From Blastopirellula marina (GTDB lineage: Bacteria; Planctomycetota; Phycisphaerae; Sedimentisphaerales; UBA12454): a stretch of 61,918 bases of DNA. Each line of letters opens with the position of its first letter. Position 1 is the stretch's first letter. The stretch lies in contig DYLR01000001.1 of assembly GCA_020721975.1 (NCBI GenBank), forward strand, positions 1 to 61,918, read 5' to 3'. This document shows positions 1 to 10,141 of the stretch, piece after piece. Position numbers and translations under genes: made by a program. The notes beneath the pieces are model-generated. The model saw nothing but the letters and a program-made list of their open reading frames with translations, did not search any database and was not told the DNA's origin.

Positions 1-327
1 AAGCCCGCCGATAATCGGATTTCCCGGCGAAAACGAAATGCTGTATCCGAACAAAACCCATTGAAGACTCAACAGACACAGCACAATCATGCACTGCATC
101 AGGATACTTAGCACGTTTTTACGCCTGACAAGGCCGCCATAAAAGAAGGCAAGCCCCGGCGTCATAAACATAACCAGTGCGGTACTGATGAGCATCCATG
201 CCGTATCACCACTGTCAACTGTGGCGGCAGGCATTCCTTCGACTCGCGATGTACCGCAAAAATATGCCAGTACAACTGTTGCGAGAATCCCTGCAAATCC
301 TGCTTTTCTGGTACATTTGGCAATCAA
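1..327 (-). CDS. amt: Ammonium transporter (Amt family), N-terminal part. The gene continues past the window start.
   Basis: Reverse translation gives ...DSGDTAWMLISTALVMFMTPGLAFFYGGLVRRKNVLSILMQC..., the conserved Amt TM1-TM2 signature. A TTG start at 325-327 has AGGAGA 6 nt upstream. It is missing from the ORF track because it is truncated. Confidence 0.8.
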   Translation of the reverse strand, partial: MIAKCTRKAGFAGILATVVLAYFCGTSRVEGMPAATVDSGDTAWMLISTALVMFMTPGLAFFYGGLVRRKNVLSILMQCMIVLCLLSLQWVLFGYSISFSPGNPIIGGL

Positions 328-676
328 TTTTTGTCTCCTAAAAAATACTGAATCAAAAAAAGGGTTCAATATTTAACGTGAACCTCAACCCTACACCGGC
401 AGTTAATTGCTTAATCCTGAAATAACAATATTTGTGCCAGATAGCTTAACAGGATTTTTTGAGCATAACCGATTGAATTTTAAGGAGTTATGAAAAAAAT
501 AAAAATGTGCGATATGAAAAATATATTTCAAAATTGTATTTTTTAACAATCATAAATACAAAATTGTATGTTTCGGTTTTAAGCATACTATTATTTCAAC
601 GCATTTATCATTACCGTGGTCTCCAATTATTTGCTAAAATTTATATAGGAAAAAACCTTGATAATCGGGGGAAAAT

Positions 677-2062
677 ATGCAACCCAAAAGAAATCGCAAA
701 GGCATAGCCGTGGTGATGGCGCTTTTATTTTTGGCGTTGTTCACCTCGCTGGCGGCGGCGTTTGTATCTTTGTCCAGCGGAGCTTTGCAAATAACGGCAA
801 ATTACCACAAGGCATCCAGCGCCAAATCGGCGGCTGAAAGCGGCGCAGAGGTAATACGCTACTGGCTGAACAGGGTCTCGCTGCCCGGTACAACGACTTC
901 AGGCCAGTTATTTTCTTCAATAGCAACTTCGCTGCAAAATGATTTAACCGCCAATAGTATCTCAAATATCACAATTGCCAGCGACGGTTCGATGATAACT
1001 ATCGGCGATGTTGTTTTGAATACGGCATATAACCAGCATTTCTCTGCGACAATCACTCAATATGATTTAGATACCTTACAGCTTGAAGTAGTCGGCACAT
1101 CCGACAATTTCCGCAAGGGAATCCGCGTATTTTACGATCTCTCGGAGCGGGGACACTCGGTCTTTGATTATGGTGTGGCAACACGCGGGCCTTTGTCGCT
1201 CACCGGAAATGTCGAGCTGGAGGGCATAAATCTTGCAGTTGAATCGAGCGTGTACATTGAAAGCGAAAATTCCTATACAGCCCTTACGATTATTGGGAAC
1301 TCTCATATTGCCGGCGATGTGAGTGTGGCCAATCAGTATGCCTCGGTTGTTCTCCAGGGCAGTAAGGCAGGCATCGGCGGCGAAACGGGGCAGGCGGCGA
1401 TAGATAATCATGTCAACTTCGGCGTTGACCCGACGGAATTTCCAACGCCAACGCCGGATATATTTGAACAGTATGTACAAACCACCATTGACAGCACATA
1501 CGATTTTGCAGCTAACGCAACTTATGATAATATCCGCATTCCTGCAAATCTCAATCCGCATTTTACCGGCAATGTCAATCTAAGAGGCGTTGTTTATATA
1601 AAGACGCCGAACGTCGTTACATTCAGCGGAAATGTCGATTTGACAGGTGTAATTGTGGGGGATGGGGATGTATCCGACAATTCGGCTGCGAACAGTATTA
1701 TTATAACGGGCAATGTTTCCAGCCGGGCCTCGAGCGAGCTGCCTGACGAGCCTCAATTTGAAGGATTAAAAGACAAAAACGGCACTTTTATCGTTGCTCC
1801 GGGTTTTGCTCTGGCATTCGGGGGTAATTTCAATATGTCCAACGGCGCTATTGCAGGCAATGGCATAACGTTTTTCGGCAATGCCGGCGGTACCGTACAT
1901 GGCTCAATAATCAATTACAGCGATGCTGTAATGACGATAAACGGCAACAGCGACCTGTATTTTAACCGGAGCGGCTGCGACATTGTGCCTGCCGGTTTTG
2001 TGCCTGATATAGTATTAGAATATAATGCCCGGTCTTATGAAGAGTTTATACCCCAGGGATAA
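677..2062 (+). CDS. PilX-N-like (minor pseudopilin-type) protein with a repetitive beta-helix-like C-terminal region. Function unknown.
   Basis: 461-aa ORF. The N-terminus KGIAVVMALLFLALFTSLAAAFVSLSSGALQITANYHKASSAKSAAESGAEV resembles PilX_N/GspK-type segments. GNxxLxG-type motifs recur (GNVELEG, GNSHIAGDVSV, GNVNLRG, GNVDLTG, GNFNMSNG). Confidence 0.55.
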   Translation: MQPKRNRKGIAVVMALLFLALFTSLAAAFVSLSSGALQITANYHKASSAKSAAESGAEVIRYWLNRVSLPGTTTSGQLFSSIATSLQNDLTANSISNITIASDGSMITIGDVVLNTAYNQHFSATITQYDLDTLQLEVVGTSDNFRKGIRVFYDLSERGHSVFDYGVATRGPLSLTGNVELEGINLAVESSVYIESENSYTALTIIGNSHIAGDVSVANQYASVVLQGSKAGIGGETGQAAIDNHVNFGVDPTEFPTPTPDIFEQYVQTTIDSTYDFAANATYDNIRIPANLNPHFTGNVNLRGVVYIKTPNVVTFSGNVDLTGVIVGDGDVSDNSAANSIIITGNVSSRASSELPDEPQFEGLKDKNGTFIVAPGFALAFGGNFNMSNGAIAGNGITFFGNAGGTVHGSIINYSDAVMTINGNSDLYFNRSGCDIVPAGFVPDIVLEYNARSYEEFIPQG

Positions 2063-2063
2063 A

Positions 2064-3323
2064 TTACAGGCGTTTGGACAAGACCGAGGTTTCATATTTT
2101 TCAATTTCTTTGAGCCAGATGCTGCCGGCGGGAACATTATTCTTCATGCAGTAATAATCCCACACCGCTGCAAACGGCAGGCTTTTTAACTCTTCAAGGA
2201 CGGCAAGCCGTTGGGTGTAATTTTTTTCAAGCTCCAGTTTTTTGAGTTTTTCCGCAGGCTCAAGCAATGCAAACAAAAGAGCCTTGAGCATATTCCGCGA
2301 ACCGATAACCCATGCGGCGATGCGGTTTATGGCCGCGTCGAAAAAGTCAAGCCCGATATGTATCCTGTCCAAAGCATTTGAACGCACTATTTCCTGGGCG
2401 ATTGCCAGCAGTTCGTCATTCAATATCACCACGTGGTCGCTGTCCCATCGGACGGGTCTGCTTACGTGCAGCAGCAGTCCGGGTACGAATTGCAGTACGG
2501 ATGAAATCTTATCGGCAATGGATTCGGTCGGATGGAAATGCCCGGCGTCAAGACACAATAATTTCTGTCTTGACGCTGCATAGCCCATATAAAATTCGTG
2601 CGAGCCGACGGTATAACTTTCGACGCCTATGCCGAACAATTTTGACTCAACTGCGTCAAGCTCGTAAGTTTTGTCGAATTTCCCGGCGAAAATTTCATCA
2701 AGCGACTGCACAAGTCTTTCACGCGGTGCGGTGCGGTCAACGGGAATATCCTTGTAGCCGTCGGGAATCCAGACGTTCATAACAGAGGTCGAGCCGAGCT
2801 GCCTGCCCATTTCGGCGGTAATTTTTCTGCATGCTGTGCCGTGTTCAATCCAGAATTTGCGAACCGCCCTGTCGGGATGGCTTAACGTAAAACCGTCGGC
2901 TGCGAGCGGATGGGAAAAATATGTCGGGTTGAAATCCAGCCCAAGACCGTTTGTCTTTGCCCAGTCAATCCAGCTTTGAAAGTGTTCGACCGTTATTTCG
3001 TTGCGGTCAACCTTTTTGCCGCTGTGGTCAAGATAAATTGCGTGAAGATTCAGCCTGTGTTTGCCCGGAATCATACTAAGGGCTTTTTCAATGTCCATTC
3101 TCAGCTCGGCAATATTTCGAGCCTTGCCGGGATAATTTCCGGTGGCCTGAATGCCGCCGCCGAGCTGTTGGTCCGTATTTTCAAAGCCGCCTACATCGTC
3201 GCCCTGCCAGCAGTGCAGAGATATCGGTATTTTTGCAAGAGCGGCGATTGCCTTTTGAGTATCTACACCTATTTCGGCATAACTTTGCCTGGCAAGTTCG
3301 TAAGACTGTTCAATACGATTCAT
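2064..3323 (-). CDS. rhaA: L-rhamnose isomerase
   Basis: 419 aa, collinear with E. coli RhaA as recalled: [62 protein letters not shown]. Confidence 0.93.
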   Translation of the reverse strand: MNRIEQSYELARQSYAEIGVDTQKAIAALAKIPISLHCWQGDDVGGFENTDQQLGGGIQATGNYPGKARNIAELRMDIEKALSMIPGKHRLNLHAIYLDHSGKKVDRNEITVEHFQSWIDWAKTNGLGLDFNPTYFSHPLAADGFTLSHPDRAVRKFWIEHGTACRKITAEMGRQLGSTSVMNVWIPDGYKDIPVDRTAPRERLVQSLDEIFAGKFDKTYELDAVESKLFGIGVESYTVGSHEFYMGYAASRQKLLCLDAGHFHPTESIADKISSVLQFVPGLLLHVSRPVRWDSDHVVILNDELLAIAQEIVRSNALDRIHIGLDFFDAAINRIAAWVIGSRNMLKALLFALLEPAEKLKKLELEKNYTQRLAVLEELKSLPFAAVWDYYCMKNNVPAGSIWLKEIEKYETSVLSKRL

Positions 3324-3333
3324 GATAAAATCC

Positions 3334-4416
3334 TTATATTTGTTTACTGCGGTACGATTCTGCTTCCCAGTTTTCGATAAACAATCTTGCGTCCTCGGTC
3401 ATAAAATCGACGCCGCCGAAAGCCTCGGCAAACTTTTTCACAAGGGCGGCATCCTGTGCAAATTCAAGAGCTATTTCCGCCCTTCGCTGTGTCCGGCCGA
3501 TGCCGAACACCACATTGTCGAACACCGCCACTGGCGGCCGGCGTCCGTATTTGCTGTTGTATTCGCCGATTTTTTGCGTTGTCGGTTCGCCAATAAACGG
3601 ATGTGAGCCGGCATATAAAATATGATCCGGCGAAATCGGCCCGTCGGCTAAATCAAAAAGACCGCCCGCCTTCAAAAAGCAATCGCCGAGCGCTTCCCTG
3701 ATTTTTCTTTCAGCAGCGGCTAATACATTTGCATCCGGCAGCGGCATAATTTTTAAATCCTTCGTGATTCCCGCTTTTTTATATTGTTCGGCAAGTTTAT
3801 TAAAGATTTCCCTGAACATACCGCGGATTTCCTGTTTTGTATCGCCGGCGACAAATACGCCGTGATTTTTCAGGAATATCACAGACGGCTCTTTCCCGAA
3901 TTTTTCGGTATAGCCGGCAATTTTTTTGTGTATGTGCATGCAAAGGGTATATCCGGGATTGACATAATCCAGCCAAATCGCATTTGGGAAAAGTTCCTCG
4001 CATACCTTTGCCCCGTTTTTCGCGCACGTCATTCCGTTCACGAGTGCCGGGTGATTGTGAATTACAAACACTGCCTTGAGCAGGTTATGCAGCGGCGCCT
4101 CGACTGAAGCACGTCCGCTGCCCGCGGATAAAACCGCATCAGCCATTATTTTTGCAATCATCTGTTCTCTTGCCGCAGAATCTTCCGGCGGCCTGACGGA
4201 GTACAAGGCGGAAATTTTCTTCCTGTCTAAAGCGACAAACGTTTCCGGCGCAAGCCCGGACAGAGTTGTGCCGGAGGGTTTGACCCAGAGCGTATCGTGA
4301 TTTTTAACGGAAGTATTTCCGCCGCCGCCGCGAACATAATCCGTAGTGCCGAACTCATGCGAAAGTTCCGTTATATCGTTCAGCAGTTGTTGGATATCGG
4401 GTTTGAGTTTCATCAT
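3334..4416 (-). CDS. Class II aldolase, rhamnulose-1-phosphate aldolase of the YuxG/RhaE N-terminal-domain type
   Basis: Motifs GGGGNTSVK...[18 protein letters not shown], and a C-terminal ENWEAESYR as in the aldolase half of bifunctional RhaEW. ATGATG at 4416 has an AAAGG SD-like site. The ORF-track TTG at 4452 would overlap rhaB by 26 nt. Confidence 0.8.
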   Translation of the reverse strand: MMKLKPDIQQLLNDITELSHEFGTTDYVRGGGGNTSVKNHDTLWVKPSGTTLSGLAPETFVALDRKKISALYSVRPPEDSAAREQMIAKIMADAVLSAGSGRASVEAPLHNLLKAVFVIHNHPALVNGMTCAKNGAKVCEELFPNAIWLDYVNPGYTLCMHIHKKIAGYTEKFGKEPSVIFLKNHGVFVAGDTKQEIRGMFREIFNKLAEQYKKAGITKDLKIMPLPDANVLAAAERKIREALGDCFLKAGGLFDLADGPISPDHILYAGSHPFIGEPTTQKIGEYNSKYGRRPPVAVFDNVVFGIGRTQRRAEIALEFAQDAALVKKFAEAFGGVDFMTEDARLFIENWEAESYRSKQI

Positions 4417-4426
4417 TAAAAAGCCT

Positions 4427-5902
4427 TTAATCAGAGCCTGGAAATTTTTCAATATATTTTTGCCACTGTGCGGTGTTCTGCGGATTGTATTTTTTTAGTT
4501 CAAAAGACCCGGCAACAGTTTTTCGCCCCTGCGAAATCGAGTTTATTTGTCCTGCTGCCATGGCCTGTATAATAACATTGCCAAGAACCGTAGCCTCGAT
4601 GGGCCCTGCCAAAACTTTTTTCCCTGTTGCATCGGCTGCGAACTGATTTAACATTTCATTTTGGCTGCCGCCGCCGACAATATGCAATACTTCGATTTTT
4701 TTGCCGGTGAGCTTTTCGAGCTTATTTATGACGTTATGATATTTCACCGCCAGCGATTCAAGAATTACGCGAGCCATCTGCCCTTTGTCATTTATGGTCT
4801 GTTGGCCGGTTGAATTAAGGTAATTATTGATTTTTTCGGGCATATTTCCTATGCCGAGAAATTCAGGCATATCGACATTCAGCCATGCCCGAAACGGTTC
4901 GGAACAGGCGGCCAATTGGGCAATTTGCGGATAACTCAGCTCGCTTCCCTGCAAAGCCCATTGTCTGCGGCATTGCTGAAGCAGCCAAAGTCCCATTATA
5001 TTTTTCAGCAGGCGAATTGTGTTATTCACGCCGCCTTCATTTGTAAAGCTGTACTTAAAAGATATTTTGTTAATCACAGGCTTTGGAATTTCCACTCCCA
5101 GCAGACTCCATGTGCCGCTTGAAAGATATGCCCAGGAGCTTTTTTCGTCGGCAGGCGTCGCCGTAACCGCACAGGCCGTGTCATGGCATCCAACGGCAAT
5201 GATGGGTATTTGCAGGCAGCCCATTTCGTCGGCCAGTTCCTTTTTGAGCAAACCCATTTTCGCACCGGGCTGAATAATATCGGGGAAAATGCCTTTCGGC
5301 AGGTCGAACTTTCCGATGATTTCGTCCGACCAGCAGCCGCTGTTCATGTCCAAAAGCTGCGAGGTGCTGGCGATTGTATATTCCGCTGAAATATTTCCGC
5401 ACAGCATGTACGCCATTAAATTTGGCATAAAAAGCAGTTTTGAGGCCTTTTTGAGCAGTTCGGGCTTTTGGTTTTTATACGCAATCAGCTGAAACAGGCT
5501 GTTGATTTGCATAAGCTGGATGCCGGTTGCGGCATAAACTTTATTTTCAGGCATGATTTTAAAAGCCTGTGCGAATGATTCGCCGGTTCGGCTGTCGCGG
5601 TAATGATAAGGATTTTCAAGCAATTCGCCATTGGCGTCAATCAATCCGAAATCCACGCCCCAGGTGTCTATACCGATGCTCTGAATATTTTTTTGAACGG
5701 CAACGGTTTTCCTTATCCCCAGTTTTATCTGGTTCATCTGGTTGTTAAAGTCCCAGTGCAGTTCGCCGTTTTTTTCAACCGGCGTATTTGCGAAGCGGTG
5801 CATTTCCTGAAACGATAATTTTTGTCCTTCAAGTGTTGCAAGCATCACTCTGCCGCTTTCCGCCCCCATATCAACGGCAATATAATATTTCTTGTCAGAC
5901 AT
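4427..5902 (-). CDS. rhaB: Rhamnulokinase (FGGY family)
   Basis: 491 aa. Motifs AVDMGAESGRVML, IDTWGVDFGL, YLSSGTWSLLG, LKNIMGLWLLQ and HIVGGGSQNEMLNQ parallel E. coli RhaB. Confidence 0.9.
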   Translation of the reverse strand: MSDKKYYIAVDMGAESGRVMLATLEGQKLSFQEMHRFANTPVEKNGELHWDFNNQMNQIKLGIRKTVAVQKNIQSIGIDTWGVDFGLIDANGELLENPYHYRDSRTGESFAQAFKIMPENKVYAATGIQLMQINSLFQLIAYKNQKPELLKKASKLLFMPNLMAYMLCGNISAEYTIASTSQLLDMNSGCWSDEIIGKFDLPKGIFPDIIQPGAKMGLLKKELADEMGCLQIPIIAVGCHDTACAVTATPADEKSSWAYLSSGTWSLLGVEIPKPVINKISFKYSFTNEGGVNNTIRLLKNIMGLWLLQQCRRQWALQGSELSYPQIAQLAACSEPFRAWLNVDMPEFLGIGNMPEKINNYLNSTGQQTINDKGQMARVILESLAVKYHNVINKLEKLTGKKIEVLHIVGGGSQNEMLNQFAADATGKKVLAGPIEATVLGNVIIQAMAAGQINSISQGRKTVAGSFELKKYNPQNTAQWQKYIEKFPGSD

Positions 5903-5912
5903 AGGATTTTCC

Positions 5913-7598
5913 CTAACAACAGATTATTTTCAATAATTCCTTTTCTGCCTGTTTTGTCCACAGGCCGTCGATAATTTTATCCGATACGGCGGGATAATGT
6001 TTTCGCATTTCCGCAAGCGGTATCAGCGGCATATTTACAATCTGCGGATATACGATAATTTTGCCGGACATTGTTCGGTTTTCAACGGCACGTATTCCGT
6101 CGATTGCGCCGGCTATTCCGCTGACGGCGTCAACGGACAAATTGGTATCTAATTGGCCGCAGACGGCCTTTTGCAATACCACCTTCATATCCGAAAGGCT
6201 CGACCCGCTTGTGCCGAACATAAAACAGCGATTTTCAATATATCTGTCAAGGTCAACCGGATGTTTAACATTTGCAGGTATGCCTGCGAAAATGTTTATC
6301 AGTGTTTCGGGCATGCTGTTTTTAATCGACCCTGCCACCAAATCCGCCACCGGAGCCATTATCGCAAAATATCTGAACTTTTCAACAGGCGATTTTTTTT
6401 GCGGGTTGACGAATTTTATATCAACGCGGTTTTTTTGTGCGATGTTTTTGACCTTCTGCTCAAGAACGCCGAGTCTTGCGTCGTCAAAATCACAGGCGGC
6501 AATTGAAAGCTTTTCCACTCCGCTGCAAATCACTCTAATAGTGTGCATTTGTCCCATTGGCCCGGCTGCGCCGATTATATTTACCTTATCGCCCGGGCGC
6601 AGTTCGCCTGTTTGCGGGATGTTCCTGTAAGACTGTGCGGCACTGGCGGCGGTTGTGCCTGTCCATCGCGTGCCGCCGTAATGTACTCTGCCGACGCCGA
6701 CGGAGACCTCGCCTCCGATATTTTTGCCGGCAAGAACAATGTTTATAATACCGCCTGCGGCAAGTTTATCATTCAATATTTCAATTACCTGCTTTTTACA
6801 GCCGAAATAAATTATGTCGTCAAAATTTTCGTTCGGCAAATCGCCGACAGAATCGGCATTTATTATTTTAACGCCTGTTCGAGTTATTTTATTGAGCTGT
6901 GATTGGTCGCAGCAGACGGCGGTAATATTTGCCGGTATGTTGTTTGCAGTGAAACATTCTTCAAGGCCGATGATTTCATATCCGCCCTCGGCGACCACAA
7001 GCGTTCTGCCGCCGGACAAAATATGATTTCTTTCCCTGCTGATGTATGAACTTTCCACGCAAGCCCACGGCTCAACCAGAGCTATTGCCGACGCGCTGAG
7101 TTTATCGTCAACCGGAATTAAAAGGCTCTCGCCGCTGTGCGGCTCGACAAACACCCGTTCGTCAAGCAAAACATACTGCTGAAGTGCGCCTTCAAAATTA
7201 TAACCGAAGGCCGCATTTGACGCCGCTGTTTTAAGCCAGCGGTAATCGGTCTGCACAAGAACCCGCTGGCCGGGCTTGTGATATTTTACTTTTTCCCCGA
7301 CCGCAACGATAACACAGCACGCTTCATGGCCGGGTACGCCCGGCTTTTTATTGGGACAATACGACGGAATTTCGTCAAGTATTTTACTGTCAATCCCCGA
7401 AACTATAGGCGTTTTTCTTGCATGTGAATCAAATTGTTTGAGCAGTTTCAAATCTGAAAAACACAAACCGACCGCTTCAACTTTTGCAAGAACCTGATGT
7501 GGGCCGGGCTGATGAATTTCCTTTTGGGAATTGACTATCATTTTGTCCGGGCCTGTAAGCTGAACGGCATGCTGTGTCTGTGGAATTTCTGGAATCAT
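5913..7598 (-). CDS. Atypically long medium-chain (Zn-ADH-like) dehydrogenase/reductase
   Basis: 561 aa. It has a GroES-like N-domain (VGLCFSDL, PGHEACCVIVAVG), an extra roughly 145-aa segment, then a Rossmann fold (NIIGAAGPMGQMH) and an MDR C-terminal end (GKIIVYP). Confidence 0.7.
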   Translation of the reverse strand: MIPEIPQTQHAVQLTGPDKMIVNSQKEIHQPGPHQVLAKVEAVGLCFSDLKLLKQFDSHARKTPIVSGIDSKILDEIPSYCPNKKPGVPGHEACCVIVAVGEKVKYHKPGQRVLVQTDYRWLKTAASNAAFGYNFEGALQQYVLLDERVFVEPHSGESLLIPVDDKLSASAIALVEPWACVESSYISRERNHILSGGRTLVVAEGGYEIIGLEECFTANNIPANITAVCCDQSQLNKITRTGVKIINADSVGDLPNENFDDIIYFGCKKQVIEILNDKLAAGGIINIVLAGKNIGGEVSVGVGRVHYGGTRWTGTTAASAAQSYRNIPQTGELRPGDKVNIIGAAGPMGQMHTIRVICSGVEKLSIAACDFDDARLGVLEQKVKNIAQKNRVDIKFVNPQKKSPVEKFRYFAIMAPVADLVAGSIKNSMPETLINIFAGIPANVKHPVDLDRYIENRCFMFGTSGSSLSDMKVVLQKAVCGQLDTNLSVDAVSGIAGAIDGIRAVENRTMSGKIIVYPQIVNMPLIPLAEMRKHYPAVSDKIIDGLWTKQAEKELLKIICC

Positions 7599-7607
7599 TA
7601 AATTTCC

Positions 7608-8702
7608 TTAATGCAGCATTATCTGGCCGCCTGTAACCGGAACGGCCTGTCCTGTCTCGTATTTCTGTTCAATCAGATAATATATTGCCTTCATTACATC
7701 AGCCGTTGTGCAGCCCCGCTTCATCGGCACTTTATCTTCATAAGCTTTGCGGACATCCTGAATATTTTTGGCGCCCGGGACCTTTCCTGTCCGCAGGTAC
7801 TGCACAAACAAACCGTTTTGCGGGTCCGACCACAGCGGCCCGTCGAAAAAATTGCCCGGGCATATCGAATTGACTTTAATGCCGTCGCCGACAAGCTCCA
7901 GCGCAAAAGACTGCGTAAGGCCTATTCCGCCGAATTTGCTGCCTGCGTAAGCAAAATTCATATTTGAGCCGACAAGCCCGGATTTAGAGTTTATCTGAAT
8001 AATATCACTCACATAAGATGAGTCGGTTTTGTGCTGCAAAGCGAGTATCTTTGCCGCGGCCTGTGTGCAAAGATAATACCCTTTGTAATTGACGGCGGTT
8101 ACAAAATCAAAGTCTTTTTCCGTCTGCGTTTTGACGCTGCCGGCCTTAAGCACCCCGGCATTGGAAATCAAAATATCGAAACCGCCGAAGAGTTTTACAA
8201 CTTCATCAAACCCCTGTCTTACAGATTGTCCGTCTGCGACATTTACGCCGAGCGCAAAAGCCCTGCCTGCGCCATAACTGCGGCAGAGTGTGTCGGCCTG
8301 GATTTGCGCCTGCTGTTTATTTATATCGGCCAGAAATACAAACGCTCCCTGTGAAAGCAAATCCTCGGCAATTTCAAGACCGAAGCCCTGTGCTGCACCT
8401 GTAACTACCGCTACTTTGCCGGACACTTTGCCAGACAAACCGGCCGACAGCGGCAAAACATCAAATCGGCCAACTCCTTTAATAAATATTGCTTTTATAT
8501 CGCTCGTTTTTTGACCGACAGCTTTTTTGATTGTGTTGATTATTATTTCGCAGTCTTTTTGCAGGGGCAGCTCAATTGTCAGACAATTGTTTTGGTCGGA
8601 TGATGCCGGATTGTATCGTATCATCGCCGAGTTTTCGCCCTGTCTGAAAATCATTCTCAGTACGGGCGATATATCGTTAATCGAAACTGCCATATCGGAC
8701 AT
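7608..8702 (-). CDS. Short-chain dehydrogenase of the sorbitol-6-phosphate-DH/RhaW-like subfamily, with a roughly 100-aa N-terminal extension
   Basis: Motifs VAVVTGAAQGFG, NAG, INSKSGLVGSNMNFAYAGSKFGGIGLTQS, KVPMKRGC, VTGGQIM. The first roughly 100 residues carry no motif I recognise. Confidence 0.8.
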   Translation of the reverse strand: MSDMAVSINDISPVLRMIFRQGENSAMIRYNPASSDQNNCLTIELPLQKDCEIIINTIKKAVGQKTSDIKAIFIKGVGRFDVLPLSAGLSGKVSGKVAVVTGAAQGFGLEIAEDLLSQGAFVFLADINKQQAQIQADTLCRSYGAGRAFALGVNVADGQSVRQGFDEVVKLFGGFDILISNAGVLKAGSVKTQTEKDFDFVTAVNYKGYYLCTQAAAKILALQHKTDSSYVSDIIQINSKSGLVGSNMNFAYAGSKFGGIGLTQSFALELVGDGIKVNSICPGNFFDGPLWSDPQNGLFVQYLRTGKVPGAKNIQDVRKAYEDKVPMKRGCTTADVMKAIYYLIEQKYETGQAVPVTGGQIMLH

Positions 8703-8707
8703 ATAAT

Positions 8708-10135
8708 TTAAACCTTTTCAACTTCGGCGACCACTTTGACAATTTTTTTGGGCGGCAAATGCAATGCGGCATTAAATGTATCTTCTGCGGCTTCCTTTAC
8801 CGCTTCAGAAATCGTCGGATGCGCGAAAATCATCCCGGCCAGGTCTTTTGTCGAGGCCTTAACGCCAATCATTGCTGTCGCCGATTCGATAATCTCAGTT
8901 GCGTTATGGCCGATTATATGCACGCCGAGCAGGGCATTATCGTCAAGTCCGCGAATAACCTTCACAAATCCGGTTTCTTCGCCGACCGCCATTGCCTTGC
9001 CAAGATAACCAATTGGAAACTGGCCGATTGCCACAGGTATTTGTTTTTCCTTTGCCTGTCTGCTCGTAATGCCCACTGATGCAATTTCAGGAAAAGTATA
9101 TACCGCACTCGGCACAGGGAGCTTGTATTCCTTATTATGCCCCAGTGCGTTTTCAACAGCCGTTTCGCCCTGCGCACTTGCGGCATGAGCAAGCAGACAT
9201 TTGCCGTTGGCATCGCCGATACAATAAACATTACCGGCAGCAGTCTGCATCCTGTCATTGACCCTGATAAAACCTCTGTCGGTTACAAGGGAAATTTTTT
9301 CAAGCCCCAAATCCTGCGTATTTGGTTTTCGGCCTGTTGCAACCAGAACTTTATCAACCTCTACTTGTTTGCCGTTGCCAATCACAACGCTCACGGCGTT
9401 ATTTTTTAACTCCATCGACTCGACTTTTGTGCCGGTAAAAATATTTATTTTTCTCTTTTTAAATATGTCTGCTATAGTCAGCCCCAGTTCTGTTTCCATT
9501 TCAGGCAGCAGAGCGGGCATCATTTCGACAATCGTAACTTCAATGCCGAACTGTGCCATCATACATGCAAATTCACAGCCGATAACGCCTCCGCCGACAA
9601 TAAGCAGCCGTTTTGGAAGTTGTTTCCAGTGCAGAGACTCGTCAGATGTGCAGATGAATTCCCTGTCGCCCGGCCGGAACGGAATCGTTGAAGGCGCTGA
9701 ACCTGCGGCGATGATGATATTATCTGCGGTGATTTGCTGTATTTTGCCGTGCGAATCCTGAAGAGTCAATTTGCCCTGCGATTCAAATTTCGCCTGTGCC
9801 TGATATAATTTTACCTTTCTCGAATCGAACAAACTCCTGATTCCGCCGCGAAGTCTGGCAAGCACCCTGTCTTTTCGCTGCTGAATAGCTGTCCAGTCGA
9901 AATCGACAGAGCCGGAAATTCTTACGCCCAGAGCATCGGCGTGTTTTATTTTATGCAGCAGTTCTGCCGAGGCAAGCAAAGCCTTTGACGGTATGCAGCC
10001 GTAATTCAGACACGTTCCGCCAAGCAGGTGTTTTTCGACGACCGCGGTTGTCGCGCCCATTTGAGCGGCTCTCAGGGCCGCCACATATCCGCCCGGACCG
10101 GCGCCTATAATTGCTATCTGAAAATGCTCCGACAT
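8708..10135 (-). CDS. lpd: Dihydrolipoyl dehydrogenase (E3)
   Basis: 475 aa. Motifs IIGAGPGGYVAALRAAQMG, redox disulfide GGTCLNYGCIPSK, and C-terminal HAHPTISEA. Confidence 0.93.
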   Translation of the reverse strand: MSEHFQIAIIGAGPGGYVAALRAAQMGATTAVVEKHLLGGTCLNYGCIPSKALLASAELLHKIKHADALGVRISGSVDFDWTAIQQRKDRVLARLRGGIRSLFDSRKVKLYQAQAKFESQGKLTLQDSHGKIQQITADNIIIAAGSAPSTIPFRPGDREFICTSDESLHWKQLPKRLLIVGGGVIGCEFACMMAQFGIEVTIVEMMPALLPEMETELGLTIADIFKKRKINIFTGTKVESMELKNNAVSVVIGNGKQVEVDKVLVATGRKPNTQDLGLEKISLVTDRGFIRVNDRMQTAAGNVYCIGDANGKCLLAHAASAQGETAVENALGHNKEYKLPVPSAVYTFPEIASVGITSRQAKEKQIPVAIGQFPIGYLGKAMAVGEETGFVKVIRGLDDNALLGVHIIGHNATEIIESATAMIGVKASTKDLAGMIFAHPTISEAVKEAAEDTFNAALHLPPKKIVKVVAEVEKV

Positions 10136-10141
10136 AATTAT

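Noticed and set aside
188-376. 62-aa plus-strand ORF at the window start.
   Set aside because: It is antisense to the clearly recognisable Amt transporter N-terminus.
490-546. 18-codon micro-ORF (MKKIKMCDMKNIFQNCIF) with a strong AAGGAG SD in the amt / pilX-like divergent region.
   Set aside because: It is too short and AT-rich to support from sequence alone. It is noted as a possible leader peptide but not called as a feature.
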